IMG/VR virus record: IMGVR_UViG_3300006750_000002
Location: 126,909-190,908 of that record
Direction: 5' to 3' (one strand)
DNA length: 64,000 nt
DNA from: a virus
Position numbers and translations under genes: made by a program. Each line of letters starts with the position of its first letter. The first letter of the stretch is position 1. Shown piece after piece: positions 1 to 9,909 of this stretch. Under the pieces are notes generated by a model, which did no database searches, was not told the DNA's origin, and saw nothing but the letters and a program-made list of their open reading frames with translations.

Positions 1-25
1 TATTTATATGATATACCTTGTATAG

Positions 26-283
26 ATGGCACTTACTAACACAGACAAAAAAGAGATAGAGAGAATTGCTAGAAAAGAAATCAAAGACTTCCTTAAAACT
101 ACTTCTTTTGAAAAGGACGTTATTGATGTGGTGGAAAAACAACTAAAAAGAAAGAATAGTAAACTTTCTAAAACTCATCGTGCGGAAGTGGTAGATGTGA
201 GCACTAAGGTATTAATAGAACTATATAAAACTTTCTGGTTAAGAAGGAATTTTTGGGATAGCCAAATTAAAAATGTTAAGTAA
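26..283 (+). CDS. hypothetical phage protein
   Basis: ORF 85 aa; TATTTATA at 1-8 upstream; no recognised motif. Confidence 0.75.
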   Translation: MALTNTDKKEIERIARKEIKDFLKTTSFEKDVIDVVEKQLKRKNSKLSKTHRAEVVDVSTKVLIELYKTFWLRRNFWDSQIKNVK

Positions 284-285
284 AT

Positions 286-1035
286 ATGAACGCATTAGAC
301 CAACATGAACGTAATATGAAAAGAATGGTTAACAATGTTAGCCAAGAATTAGGGCCTAGAAAAGGAATTGAAGCTGTTAAATCACGAGACGAACTTATGA
401 AAGTAGCTGAAACTAACGAAGAGTTAAGTGAAGATGAAGAATTCGAAGAACAAACTTCTGCGGGTGCGTCAGGGGCATTTGTAGCTCCTATGGGGTGGAC
501 AGCAGACCAGGGAATAAATAAAGAGGAAGAATTCGAAGAACAAACTTCTGCGGGTGCGTCAGGGGCATACTCCCAACCCGCTATATGGGCAAAAAATAAA
601 AAGAACTGGAGAGCGGTAAGTGACCCTAACTTTCCTAAGTATGGGGGACCTGGAGCGAAATATGTTAGAATAAAAGAAAAATGTGGAAAGTTTCCATATT
701 GTAACCAAGGGAGTATGGACGCTTTAGAGTTCTATGAAGATAAAACTTTACAAGAAGCTATTAAAAACGTTTCTAAAAAAACTAATAAATCAGAAACTTA
801 TTTAAAAAATATAATTTTACGGGAGATGCAAAGCATGTTTCAAAAAGACATGAAAAAATATAAGGTTGAAAAAATGAAACCTTACAAAAAAAAATACACT
901 AAAGAAGAGGTTGATGAGATGATTAAGAGAGGGTTTTACCATTCACCCATCACATCTTTAGTGGGTAATGTGAAAATGGATAAACCCATTGGTCAGATTT
1001 ATTCCATGAAAGGTAATAAACCTAAGTACGAATAG
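286..1035 (+). CDS. hypothetical protein with internal duplicated EEEFEEQTSAGASGA peptide
   Basis: ORF 249 aa; repeat visible at DNA level. Confidence 0.8.
   Translation: MNALDQHERNMKRMVNNVSQELGPRKGIEAVKSRDELMKVAETNEELSEDEEFEEQTSAGASGAFVAPMGWTADQGINKEEEFEEQTSAGASGAYSQPAIWAKNKKNWRAVSDPNFPKYGGPGAKYVRIKEKCGKFPYCNQGSMDALEFYEDKTLQEAIKNVSKKTNKSETYLKNIILREMQSMFQKDMKKYKVEKMKPYKKKYTKEEVDEMIKRGFYHSPITSLVGNVKMDKPIGQIYSMKGNKPKYE
436..568 (+). repeat. 43-bp perfect direct repeat (436-478 and 526-568, period 90 nt)
   Basis: GAAGAATTCGAAGAACAAACTTCTGCGGGTGCGTCAGGGGCAT read twice. Confidence 0.95.
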
Positions 1036-1074
1036 GATTAAATGTATATTTATATAATATAAAAGAAAAAGGTC

Positions 1075-1839
1075 ATGTCTAAAATTAAAGTAAATAAGAA
1101 AGTGAAAACCACTATTCAAGACATTTTTGAAAGTGAACTTAAACCTATGGTGCAAAAAGAGATACTTAAAAAAAGAGTTAAAAAACACATTAGAGAGGCA
1201 GCAAGTGATACTCATAATTTTCCAGGGTATGTTCTAACAAATCAAGCTTTACAGGATTCTAAAAAATCTAATGATGAAGCTATGGATGCGGTTTATGATA
1301 AGATTAAAAATTACTTAGATATTAAAAATAATTCACACGCGTCTTTTCCACATCAGAATAATTCTAAAACTGACTACCAATCACCCATGTACAGAAATAG
1401 TACTGGAGAAGAAGAATATATCGAAGACTGGAGAGGCATGGGACTTACAGACTTACAGTATCAAAACAAACCAAACAAACAGTTTGAAGACCAAGTAAAT
1501 GATTATATTGATGGGTCTACTAGAACCGGCAATAACACGGGTAAGGACTCGTCAGGTCAAGAAGTGGGCAATGTAGTACCTTCTAAACTAGGTAAAGACA
1601 TTCAAAAGCAGACTAAACGGAAGTATAAGAAACTCCAAAGTGACGAGTGGGCAGAGGCTATCCCCAATAGGTACGGTAATAGAAAAGCTAACGCAAATTA
1701 CATGGTAGCCGAAGCACTTAACGAATTGACATATAACGTATTATATGGCTCTTTAAAGGAAGGTTTTAGTAATGATAACCAGAAAAGATTAATACTGGAA
1801 GAAGTCAGTAAAGAATTAAAGAAAAGAGAGGGTAAGTAA
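1075..1839 (+). CDS. hypothetical protein (possible virion/scaffold-like)
   Basis: ORF 254 aa; TATTTATA at 1047-1054. Confidence 0.75.
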   Translation: MSKIKVNKKVKTTIQDIFESELKPMVQKEILKKRVKKHIREAASDTHNFPGYVLTNQALQDSKKSNDEAMDAVYDKIKNYLDIKNNSHASFPHQNNSKTDYQSPMYRNSTGEEEYIEDWRGMGLTDLQYQNKPNKQFEDQVNDYIDGSTRTGNNTGKDSSGQEVGNVVPSKLGKDIQKQTKRKYKKLQSDEWAEAIPNRYGNRKANANYMVAEALNELTYNVLYGSLKEGFSNDNQKRLILEEVSKELKKREGK

Positions 1840-1890
1840 TTCTTACTTCTAAAACTTTATTAAGTAACATTCTTTCCTATATTTATCTTT

Positions 1891-2358
1891 ATGGGAGATA
1901 GAAGAAAATTTTCACATTTAGAATTTTATAGATACGTTAGTGAACCAGTACCCCAAAAAGACTTGGATGTGTGGTTTAAAGCTAATGATATTATCCAAGA
2001 GAAGTCCGAATTATTTTTTTACTTTATAAAATCACTATATGTATTAGTGGATAAAACGTACCTGGGTCCTGACATCATAAGAGATGTGGAAAGCAAAAAT
2101 CATTTTAAATGGTGTTGGTCTAAGGTGGTAAGTAATTTAGAGAAAGAAGGCATTAGATTTAATGAGAGCGGGGAACATTTTGACTACTTTTTGAATTTCT
2201 TTTTAGAGTCATTTTATTCTTACGACAGTACTTTAGTTATTGATAAGGTAGATAAATTTTTCTCTACCCTTTTCGTCATCAAAGACCGAAAAACCAAATC
2301 GGAATTAGACATTTATACAGAACTATATAAAACTTTAGACAATAATCTTATCAAATAA
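1891..2358 (+). CDS. hypothetical protein
   Basis: ORF 155 aa. Confidence 0.75.
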   Translation: MGDRRKFSHLEFYRYVSEPVPQKDLDVWFKANDIIQEKSELFFYFIKSLYVLVDKTYLGPDIIRDVESKNHFKWCWSKVVSNLEKEGIRFNESGEHFDYFLNFFLESFYSYDSTLVIDKVDKFFSTLFVIKDRKTKSELDIYTELYKTLDNNLIK

Positions 2359-2444
2359 AGTTGACTTATCACCATCTTAGGGTTAGTTTTTTAATGTAGG
2401 CCATAAACTTACGCAATAATAAATTTTAAATTAATACAAAAAAA

Positions 2445-2621
2445 ATGGAGACATTAATACAACTTAAAGAACTAGTAGAAAGCCTATCTGTAGATACTAG
2501 TAAATTTTTTGAAAACACGAATAAGAGTGCTGGGACTAGAGCAAGAAAAACCGCACAACAAATTAAGAATTTGTGTCAAGACTTACGAAAAGAAATTTTA
2601 ATCGCTAATAAAGGAGAGTGA
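2445..2621 (+). CDS. histone H1-like protein, Hc1 family (58 aa, missed by ORF track)
   Basis: manual translation METLIQLKELVESLSVDTSKFFENTNKSAGTRARKTAQQIKNLCQDLRKEILIANKGE; NKSAGTRARK matches the Hc1-type N-terminal motif. Confidence 0.8.
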   Translation: METLIQLKELVESLSVDTSKFFENTNKSAGTRARKTAQQIKNLCQDLRKEILIANKGE

Positions 2622-2818
2622 CCATGAAATTAATAACAGAATTTTTATTTTTACTTTCTGTTTTATTAATGATGAGGTACTTAATTGTGTTCGGTGTTAA
2701 TCTTATGAGTAATCCACCTAAAAAAACAAAGATGAGACATTATAAAGATATTCCTGTGGATGAGATAATTATTTTTTTTACAATATCTTATTTTTTAACA
2801 TATATAATTTTTAAATGA
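2618..2818 (+). CDS. small membrane protein
   Basis: two hydrophobic stretches; likely start is ATG at 2624. Confidence 0.65.
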   Translation: MTMKLITEFLFLLSVLLMMRYLIVFGVNLMSNPPKKTKMRHYKDIPVDEIIIFFTISYFLTYIIFK

Positions 2819-3294
2819 GTTTATTTGACAACATACAAAGAATTGGTAAATGTTTTTATGGGATTAGGAAACATGAAAATTATTTTATTTTAGACTTAAT
2901 GTTTCCAGTTAATTGGGCCTATGAGGGGTTATTCGATAAAGAAAAAATAGCTGTTAAAGTTAATAAAAACTCTAATGGGACATTTGTGGTTTCTTTTTAC
3001 TGTCTAGATACTAAGGACGAAGTTAGTTTTTTAGAAACTGAAGTTATACGAATTGTTAGGATAAATCAAGACGAGGAAGATAAACAAAGGCTATTGGTAG
3101 AGAAAAAAGAAGAACTAGAAAGGTTATTTATGTCTAAAAACTTAGAAGATTTAAAGAATATTACCTTTAACCATAAAACTAACGTTGAACTACCAGACAT
3201 ATCACTAACAAACCATAATGGGAAAGATAACAAAGACACTGGAATGGTTGCAGAAACAGGTGAAAAAGGACACCAACCAAATCCAAAACCATAA
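2815..3294 (+). CDS. hypothetical protein
   Basis: ORF 159 aa; overlaps next ORF by 77 nt. Confidence 0.75.
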   Translation: MSLFDNIQRIGKCFYGIRKHENYFILDLMFPVNWAYEGLFDKEKIAVKVNKNSNGTFVVSFYCLDTKDEVSFLETEVIRIVRINQDEEDKQRLLVEKKEELERLFMSKNLEDLKNITFNHKTNVELPDISLTNHNGKDNKDTGMVAETGEKGHQPNPKP

Positions 3295-3649
3295 AAGTAA
3301 AACTATAGAGAAAATTAAAATTGAATTACCTACGTTTGAAAAAAACCATCTGGATATGCCACAGTTTAGTGAGAAATATTTAAAAGAAAAGAAGGAAGAA
3401 AGGGACGCACCAAAGGTTATGGAGGGATATTTAGTTTCCCTCCTAAATCTTTCAGACAATTTACCCTTCACAGTCCTAAAATCAGAAATGAGTTTTACAG
3501 TAGATTCTAACACCTATGTTAAAATATTGAAAGAAGTGGAAAGGATTAAAGTGGGTGAGGATGTGGAACCAGAATTATTGAATATAGACCCTACTTTTGA
3601 CGTACAAATAGGAGAGATTTTAGTAACATTTATATTAGGAAAGGATTAG
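3218..3649 (+). CDS. hypothetical protein
   Basis: ORF 143 aa. Confidence 0.7.
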   Translation: MGKITKTLEWLQKQVKKDTNQIQNHKSKTIEKIKIELPTFEKNHLDMPQFSEKYLKEKKEERDAPKVMEGYLVSLLNLSDNLPFTVLKSEMSFTVDSNTYVKILKEVERIKVGEDVEPELLNIDPTFDVQIGEILVTFILGKD

Positions 3650-4278
3650 TAGGTGTAGTGCTTATAAAGTAAGGTTCTGGAAAATCCCTTAGATTCTAAC
3701 AAGTTGTATAACTCTTTTCTTTGAATGGTAGATAAATCCCTACTAATGAGAAAATTAAACTTCCCTTTATCTGCAAAATATTTTTTAATACACGATAAAA
3801 ATCTAGAGGATTCACTCACATTTTTTAAACTGAATAAGTGGAATAAGTCGTTATTTTGTATGACAATTTTATTGTTAAGTGAGAATATTTGCATTATATT
3901 CTTACTGTTTAGGTATCTATCGTATAATTCTTTAAAGTAGACCCTCTTTTCTAATTGGTGGTCATAAATCTTCTCCTCTACATCAAAAGGGCGTATCTTG
4001 AGAATTTGGTATTTTTTATTTTTCATTATAACCTCAGTTAATCTTCCTAATTCATCTCTCCTATGTATTGGTGATTTCTTGCACTGACCCAGGCATACTA
4101 AAGCTAGCTCAAATGAACACTCCCTTTTTTTATTATATTTTACGGGAAATATAACATTTGATTTTTTATGGATTTCTTTGTATTTTTTATTAATGTTAGT
4201 AAAGATACGAGAAGTCGCGACAATTCTTTTTTTTGATTTGTTGTTAAATAAAACAATTTGATAACTAGTAACATCCAT
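3646..4278 (-). CDS. hypothetical protein
   Basis: ORF 210 aa; start abuts dnaJ start (CATATG 4276-4281). Confidence 0.7.
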   Translation of the reverse strand: MDVTSYQIVLFNNKSKKRIVATSRIFTNINKKYKEIHKKSNVIFPVKYNKKRECSFELALVCLGQCKKSPIHRRDELGRLTEVIMKNKKYQILKIRPFDVEEKIYDHQLEKRVYFKELYDRYLNSKNIMQIFSLNNKIVIQNNDLFHLFSLKNVSESSRFLSCIKKYFADKGKFNFLISRDLSTIQRKELYNLLESKGFSRTLLYKHYTY

Positions 4279-5229
4279 ATGAAAAATTATTATGAAATTT
4301 TAGGTATAAGTAAAGAGGCAACAGCGGAAGAAATAAAAAAAAGTTATCGTAAACTTTCACTGCAGTACCATCCAGATAAAAACCCTGATGGGGAATCGAG
4401 GTTTAAAGAGCTATCAGAAGCTTATAGCATATTGGGGGATGAGGAGAAAAGAAGTAAGTACGATAGTGGGGGGATGAACATGGAAGACATGTTTTCTAAT
4501 GGTGGGAACCCCTTCGATATGTTTGGTGACCTATTTGGTGGTAGGGGGTTCAACAACTCTCCCCGCACCCGTAGGGGTAAGGACCTTAACGTCAATCTTA
4601 ATATAACTCTAGAGGAATCTTATTTCGGCAAAGATAGAGCTTTAAGGTTTAATCGAGTGTCCACCAATAACAAAATGTGTGGTACATGTAAAGGCCATGG
4701 GGTTGTACAACAAATGGTGCAACATGGACCTTTTAGGCAAATGATTAATAGTGTGTGTGTTTCCTGTCAGGGAAATGGATTTGAAGGTGGCGGGTTCCAC
4801 AACAACGAAGAAATTAAATTTTCAATACCTAGAGGGATAGATGATGGCTTATTGATGAAATTGAGGGGAAAGGGAAATTCCGTATGGGGTGGAATAGACG
4901 GTGACTTATTGATTAAAATAAGAATTTTACCACATAGTCATTTTAAACGTGCCGCTGAACAACTCCATTATATGTTAGATATGAACTTCGTAGATATTTG
5001 TTTAGGGAAAGAAATCCTAATAAACCATTTTGACGGACCTATTAAGGTAGATGTCCCACCTAATTCAGATTTTAAAAAACCCTTAAGGGTAAAAGAAAAA
5101 GGATTTTATGATAGTACAGGTTTTAAAGGGGATTTATATGTTTTCATAAACCCAACAATCCCCCAACAGATAAACCAGAGTGAAATAAAGTTATTGGAAG
5201 AAATAAAAAAAGAAGAAAATTTTAACTGA
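4279..5229 (+). CDS. dnaJ: DnaJ-family co-chaperone (J domain, partial Zn finger, C-terminal domain)
   Basis: NYYEILG...YHPDKNP J-domain HPD motif; G/F-rich linker; only two CxxCxGxG repeats; start re-set to ATG 4279. Confidence 0.93.
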   Translation: MKNYYEILGISKEATAEEIKKSYRKLSLQYHPDKNPDGESRFKELSEAYSILGDEEKRSKYDSGGMNMEDMFSNGGNPFDMFGDLFGGRGFNNSPRTRRGKDLNVNLNITLEESYFGKDRALRFNRVSTNNKMCGTCKGHGVVQQMVQHGPFRQMINSVCVSCQGNGFEGGGFHNNEEIKFSIPRGIDDGLLMKLRGKGNSVWGGIDGDLLIKIRILPHSHFKRAAEQLHYMLDMNFVDICLGKEILINHFDGPIKVDVPPNSDFKKPLRVKEKGFYDSTGFKGDLYVFINPTIPQQINQSEIKLLEEIKKEENFN

Positions 5230-5414
5230 TGGGGAAGAAAAAATGTAAAGGTTGTAAAAATAAACCTATGGGAGATTTAAATGGGCAAAAAAAAGAGGAA
5301 GAGACATTATCCCCTCTTGCCAAAACCCTAATTGTTATTTACACGGTATTGGCAGCGTATGGTGTGGTACGATTAGTAATTGACTTAAATTCACTGGTAA
5401 CTATTTTATGGTAA
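5229..5414 (+). CDS. small membrane protein with CxxC
   Basis: KKKCKGCK N-terminus plus one TM helix. Confidence 0.6.
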   Translation: MGKKKCKGCKNKPMGDLNGQKKEEETLSPLAKTLIVIYTVLAAYGVVRLVIDLNSLVTILW

Positions 5415-6583
5415 TGGAAGAACAATTAAATTTATTTAATACTGAACAAGACTATTTTGATTTTGAGTTGATGAAACAAAAGTTAATAGATAATCTCGAC
5501 ATGCTAAAAGAGATGAGTGTGGAGGAACAGACACTATACAAAAAATGGCAGGAAATGAATAAGGGGTCTAAAATGTCTAAAATAAAAAAGAAACTTCTGG
5601 GTTATAAAAATAATTTATGGGCACCTACAGATATGTTAGATGTGGGCTTAACGGTAAAGGAGATAATGGAAATTGAACCTTATGTTGTTATGGCAACACC
5701 AGGAAAAGGGGTTACCGAATGGGTAAACTACCGAAAACTCATCCACACAATGGAATGGGTTGCAAACCCTGGACGTAATATGAAATTCTGGGTAAGAGAT
5801 AGGAAAACAGATAAAGTCCTTGGTTTGGTATGTTTGGGGTCTGACGTTACAAGTATTAAAGTTAGAGACGCTTACATAGGTTGGGATAAAACCAACAAGT
5901 TTGACCAACACAAGTTAAACAACACCGCTATAGCTACAACTATATGTTCTACACAACCAGGTGGGTATAATATGTTAATGGGTAAATTAATAGCAGCATT
6001 AACTACTTGTAAAACAATCAGAGATGCTTGGGAAGAAAAATACGGCGATAAACTAATTGCTGTAGGAACGACAGCACTGTACGGAATTAACTCAATGTAT
6101 AATGGAATACCACACTTCAAAACGATGGGGGAGACCTCAGGTAAAGTTAGGTTAAAACCTGATGATAGTGCATACCTACCATGGAATAAATGGTTAAAGG
6201 AAAATCACCCAGAAGAACACGCAAAAGCTATAAGTGCTACAGGACCTAAACAGAATATCCTTAACAAGGTTTTTAAACATTGTGGAATAAAAGGGTCCAC
6301 ATACGACCACGGATTCAAGAGAGGAGTTTATCTCGCAATGATGTATGACAATGGTTGTGAGTTCTTACGAGAAGAGGTAAAAGAGAAGGACCTAAAAATG
6401 AAGAAGAAATTTCAAGACGACATCACATATACAGATAAGTGGTGGAAGAAAAAAGCGGTTGGGAGGTATAAAAATATGTGTGAACAAGATAGACTTAAAC
6501 CAGAACACCTATTCTATTGGGACGCAATAGATATCTCTTGGGAACAGATGAAGGAAAAATATTTAAAAGAAGTGGGAAGGTAA
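5408..6583 (+). CDS. DUF4338/DruA-like domain protein
   Basis: PGRNMKFWVRD...VLGLVCLGS...RDAYIGW...GYNMLMGKLIAAL resembles the DUF4338 family. Confidence 0.6.
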   Translation: MVMEEQLNLFNTEQDYFDFELMKQKLIDNLDMLKEMSVEEQTLYKKWQEMNKGSKMSKIKKKLLGYKNNLWAPTDMLDVGLTVKEIMEIEPYVVMATPGKGVTEWVNYRKLIHTMEWVANPGRNMKFWVRDRKTDKVLGLVCLGSDVTSIKVRDAYIGWDKTNKFDQHKLNNTAIATTICSTQPGGYNMLMGKLIAALTTCKTIRDAWEEKYGDKLIAVGTTALYGINSMYNGIPHFKTMGETSGKVRLKPDDSAYLPWNKWLKENHPEEHAKAISATGPKQNILNKVFKHCGIKGSTYDHGFKRGVYLAMMYDNGCEFLREEVKEKDLKMKKKFQDDITYTDKWWKKKAVGRYKNMCEQDRLKPEHLFYWDAIDISWEQMKEKYLKEVGR

Positions 6584-6701
6584 TGGGGGGCACAAACAAC
6601 ACTAATAGTGACATTATTCATTTTAGAAGTTGTAGTTCGGTTAACAGATGAGTTATCAACCCAAGACGTTAATTAATAATTTGACAAAACAATAAAATAT
6701 C

Positions 6702-6944
6702 ATGAAAAAAAGAACAATAAACGAATTAAGGCAGGTTAAATCCTATGGGTATAGGCCACCATCACCGTCTAAGGTAAAAGTACCTAAACAAATAACAAAA
6801 ATAATTGACAATTATTATGAGAAAGTTAATTTTGACCCACAACATATTGTTGATTTAATAAAGGCATTCCCGAATGATGAAGATTTAGGTAGAGAAATGA
6901 GAAGTTACTATCACTTTATGTTGGAGGAAAAAAATATTAAATAG
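6702..6944 (+). CDS. hypothetical protein
   Basis: ORF 80 aa. Confidence 0.65.
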   Translation: MKKRTINELRQVKSYGYRPPSPSKVKVPKQITKIIDNYYEKVNFDPQHIVDLIKAFPNDEDLGREMRSYYHFMLEEKNIK

Positions 6945-6976
6945 TTTGGTTTATTAGATTATATTATTTATGTTTG
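6945..6976 (+). promoter_or_regulatory. Bacteroidota sigma-70-type promoter
   Basis: TTTG (6945-48), 20 nt, TATGTTTG (6969-76). Confidence 0.7.
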
Positions 6977-7014
6977 TTGAAAGAAATTTATAATTATTAA
7001 AAATAAAAAACACC

Positions 7015-7335
7015 ATGAGAGTAACTAAAAAAGAAAAAATGGGAAATTACATTTGTAAAATAGGTAAATACGATATTAGACAAATTGTTAAGCAGGGCGG
7101 TATTAGTAGGGGTGGTATTAGTAGGGGTGGTATTAGTAGGGGCAGTTTCGGTAAGGTAACCCACCAAAAAGGAAGTTGTGAAGCGAGGATATACCTTGGT
7201 AAAAAATTAATACAAGGTAATGTGAAAGATATTAAAGAAGCTATTAATAAAGCTTTTGAAATGACTTGTAAAGAAGGGGCACAACAACAGGTAGATAAAA
7301 GATTATTGGAAAAGCATAATTTAACTTGTGTTTAG
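7015..7335 (+). CDS. hypothetical protein with (GGISR)3 repeat
   Basis: ORF 106 aa. Confidence 0.7.
   Translation: MRVTKKEKMGNYICKIGKYDIRQIVKQGGISRGGISRGGISRGSFGKVTHQKGSCEARIYLGKKLIQGNVKDIKEAINKAFEMTCKEGAQQQVDKRLLEKHNLTCV
7099..7143 (+). repeat. 15-bp tandem repeat x3 (GGTATTAGTAGGGGT)
   Basis: three copies, last one ends in C instead of T. Confidence 0.95.
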
Positions 7336-7421
7336 ACAACCATAGGTGATGCAGGTAATGATAGTGATTCCACAGTAGGCACCTTAAGAGCGAAAAAAAT
7401 CTATTATTTTTAGAAATTTAT

Positions 7422-7461
7422 AAAAAAGGGGGAAGGGGTAGAACCACTCCCCCTTTTTTTT
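7422..7461 (+). terminator. intrinsic terminator
   Basis: AAAAAAGGGGGA...TCCCCCTTTTTTTT stem plus U-tract. Confidence 0.75.
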
Positions 7462-7525
7462 AGGTATAATGTGTGGGTATTTATTGAAGAGAGGTGATAT
7501 TTATAACTAAACAAGAAATCTAGGA

Positions 7526-8899
7526 ATGAGTTTTACAAGTTTATTAAACGAGGTTAGAGAGATATTAGAACAAGAGTTGTCACGTCTGGATGTGATGATG
7601 GATAGGTACACCAAACCTAAGAAAAAGAATAATGGGAAAGTAATTCCAGCAAAAATACCAAAAGAGACACTTATAAAATTAATTTTAGGTGACCCCACTA
7701 GTAGATACGAGGGGGACGGTGAAGACCGGGACCCTCATCTGATGGACGAGATAAAAGTCCAAAAAGTAGGGAAATACACTCAGTGGATAATTAAATTGTG
7801 GTTAGAATTACAACAAAAAGCTCAAGAAGAACATGAGTATTCCCCACAACCTAATTCACCTTACCAGACCAACCTTAACCAATTACAAAAACTATTTTTA
7901 GAAGACCTGTACAAAACAACTGAAGATTTAATTAAGTTTGATAGGTTTAAAAGCCAAATAGACGCTAGTAAAAGAGATATTAATAAAATTTCTTCAACAG
8001 ATGAATTATATGTATTAACAAAAGATTTCTCATTAGAAAAAGCAACGAGCACTAAAGCTGAACAAAAAGAAAAAAGAAAACGTGAGGATGTAAAGTATCT
8101 ATATGATGGAAATAGGTGGGAAGTGGTAGCACCCAAAACCAAAGCAGTAAGTTGTGATATGGCTGGAGCACCCTTAACCAGATGGTGTACCGCTTCGGCC
8201 AATTACAGTTATTTTGAAAGATATAACCCCCAAGGACCCTTATACATAATAAGAGATAAGAATGATATTGTAACTTCTGGGGGTAAAGGAGAAGGTGAAC
8301 CAAGACCTAAATATCAGTTCCATTTCCCATCCAACCAGTATATGGACCAAGACGATAGAAGTGTTAATCTAGAACAGCTGTTGACCACTGGTGGAGAACT
8401 AGAAGAACTAAAGGGATTCTTTAAACACGAATTTGCAAAAGCTCTTAACAAAGACTTTGGTGACCAAGTACAAATAAACTATCCTGGTGACCAGATATCT
8501 AGATTTATAGGTCTTTATGGTTTCGAGGAATTCTTAGATAAGTTACCGAAGTCTTTAAAAAGGTTTGATTTTGAAAAAAGCAAAAATAGAGCTTACGGGG
8601 ATAAGAAAGATAAACTACCTGCACAACCCCTACATCCTAAAATTTTAAATTTTCCTAACTTAGAGGTGTTACACATTGAAGGATTATTAAGTGAACTACC
8701 TGAAGATATTAGTAAATTACAAAATCTAATATTTATTTCTATACCTGACAATCCATCGTTAAAAACTTTACCAGAGTCATTAGCTGACTTACCTAAGTTA
8801 GAAGTTTTAAATGTTAGATTTAACCCTAATCTAAAAATAGGGCCTAGAGTCCAAGAGATGATAGATGGGGGAGATGTGGTATTGATAGAGGGAGGGTAG
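7526..8899 (+). CDS. WCT-core family protein with C-terminal leucine-rich repeats
   Basis: core KYTQW...RDIN...SCDMAGAPLTRWCTAS; LRR-like LPEDISKLQNL / LPESLADLPKLEVL. Confidence 0.75.
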   Translation: MSFTSLLNEVREILEQELSRLDVMMDRYTKPKKKNNGKVIPAKIPKETLIKLILGDPTSRYEGDGEDRDPHLMDEIKVQKVGKYTQWIIKLWLELQQKAQEEHEYSPQPNSPYQTNLNQLQKLFLEDLYKTTEDLIKFDRFKSQIDASKRDINKISSTDELYVLTKDFSLEKATSTKAEQKEKRKREDVKYLYDGNRWEVVAPKTKAVSCDMAGAPLTRWCTASANYSYFERYNPQGPLYIIRDKNDIVTSGGKGEGEPRPKYQFHFPSNQYMDQDDRSVNLEQLLTTGGELEELKGFFKHEFAKALNKDFGDQVQINYPGDQISRFIGLYGFEEFLDKLPKSLKRFDFEKSKNRAYGDKKDKLPAQPLHPKILNFPNLEVLHIEGLLSELPEDISKLQNLIFISIPDNPSLKTLPESLADLPKLEVLNVRFNPNLKIGPRVQEMIDGGDVVLIEGG

Positions 8900-9041
8900 G
8901 AGTTGATTCACTCCTGGTCAGTAGTTTTTACAAACAACTAAAATATCTTTCACCCCTATCACATAGTATGGTTAAAGTCTAGTTTATCTTGATAAGTAAT
9001 TTATTCTTAACTATTATTAACTCATAAAATATTTATATGAT

Positions 9042-9377
9042 ATGGATGTGGATGTAGAGATATATTGTAAAAACTTAAAAGCGTTTTTCACCAATAACCC
9101 TAACAGTAAAGAAGAATTAATGTCGAGTGTTCCTGGAGTTACCTTTGCTAGTTTTATGGGAAGAGTGAGTGTAGTTGCTGGGAAAAACTTTAAAAAGGGT
9201 GGGGACCCATCGTTAACTAGAAAACAACTATTAGACACATTAAATGACCTGTATTTGGAATATGTGGAAGAAAATCATCTAGAACTCTCTAAAGAAGTGG
9301 GAATGGTGGAAACATCACCACTTAACGAAGATAAAATATTCCAAACCTTCAAAGGATTTAATATAGGGCTTAACTAA
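9042..9377 (+). CDS. hypothetical protein
   Basis: ORF 111 aa; TATTTATA 9030-9037. Confidence 0.7.
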   Translation: MDVDVEIYCKNLKAFFTNNPNSKEELMSSVPGVTFASFMGRVSVVAGKNFKKGGDPSLTRKQLLDTLNDLYLEYVEENHLELSKEVGMVETSPLNEDKIFQTFKGFNIGLN

Positions 9378-9385
9378 TAAGATTT

Positions 9386-9892
9386 TTAGGTTGATTTTGC
9401 TTGTATGACTATCCAGTTGTTACTGTCTGACCATACAGCACATCCGTTGTACGCCTTATTTATCCCGTAAGACGCAACACCATCGATAGTCTGCCCAACT
9501 GGAGCTGTGATATCAACAGTGTTTGAGGCCGATACTGTTCCATCATTTACGAATCTGATGAATCTATATGGTGTCTCAGCTGCGGAGGGTAATGTTAATG
9601 TGTGGGTCCCCGAACCCCCTGTCCATGACATATACACCATATCGTTACTGGCAGTATATAAAGAACTACCCCCAGGACCTACCGACAAAAGATAAGGCAC
9701 AAGTGTCGAAAGGCAAGGTGCTATCATATCACAAGGGAATGGTTCAGGTTCAGGTAGGCAATTTAAATATTCTTGTGTGAAAGCAGAATATCTTTGTGGT
9801 GTAGAACTTAATCTCTTAAGTTCCTCACATGGTCCCCAGCTACAACCATAATACTTGTTACCTAACTGATTTAACCAATCGAGATTATCCAT
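9386..9892 (-). CDS. putative virion structural protein (beta-rich, tail-fibre-like C-terminal domain)
   Basis: TLTLPSAA...RFIRFVND...TIDG...YNGCAVWSDSNNWIVI pattern typical of tail/baseplate appendages. Confidence 0.5.
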   Translation of the reverse strand: MDNLDWLNQLGNKYYGCSWGPCEELKRLSSTPQRYSAFTQEYLNCLPEPEPFPCDMIAPCLSTLVPYLLSVGPGGSSLYTASNDMVYMSWTGGSGTHTLTLPSAAETPYRFIRFVNDGTVSASNTVDITAPVGQTIDGVASYGINKAYNGCAVWSDSNNWIVIQAKST

Positions 9893-9909
9893 ATCTATAA
9901 ATCCTTGCG

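Noticed and set aside
3218-3294. Programmed frameshift between the overlapping ORFs 2815-3294 and 3218-3649
   Set aside because: The second ORF has its own ATG and I saw no clear slippery heptamer with a downstream structure.
5408-6583. Complete Druantia defence system
   Set aside because: No DruE helicase or other partner genes are nearby.
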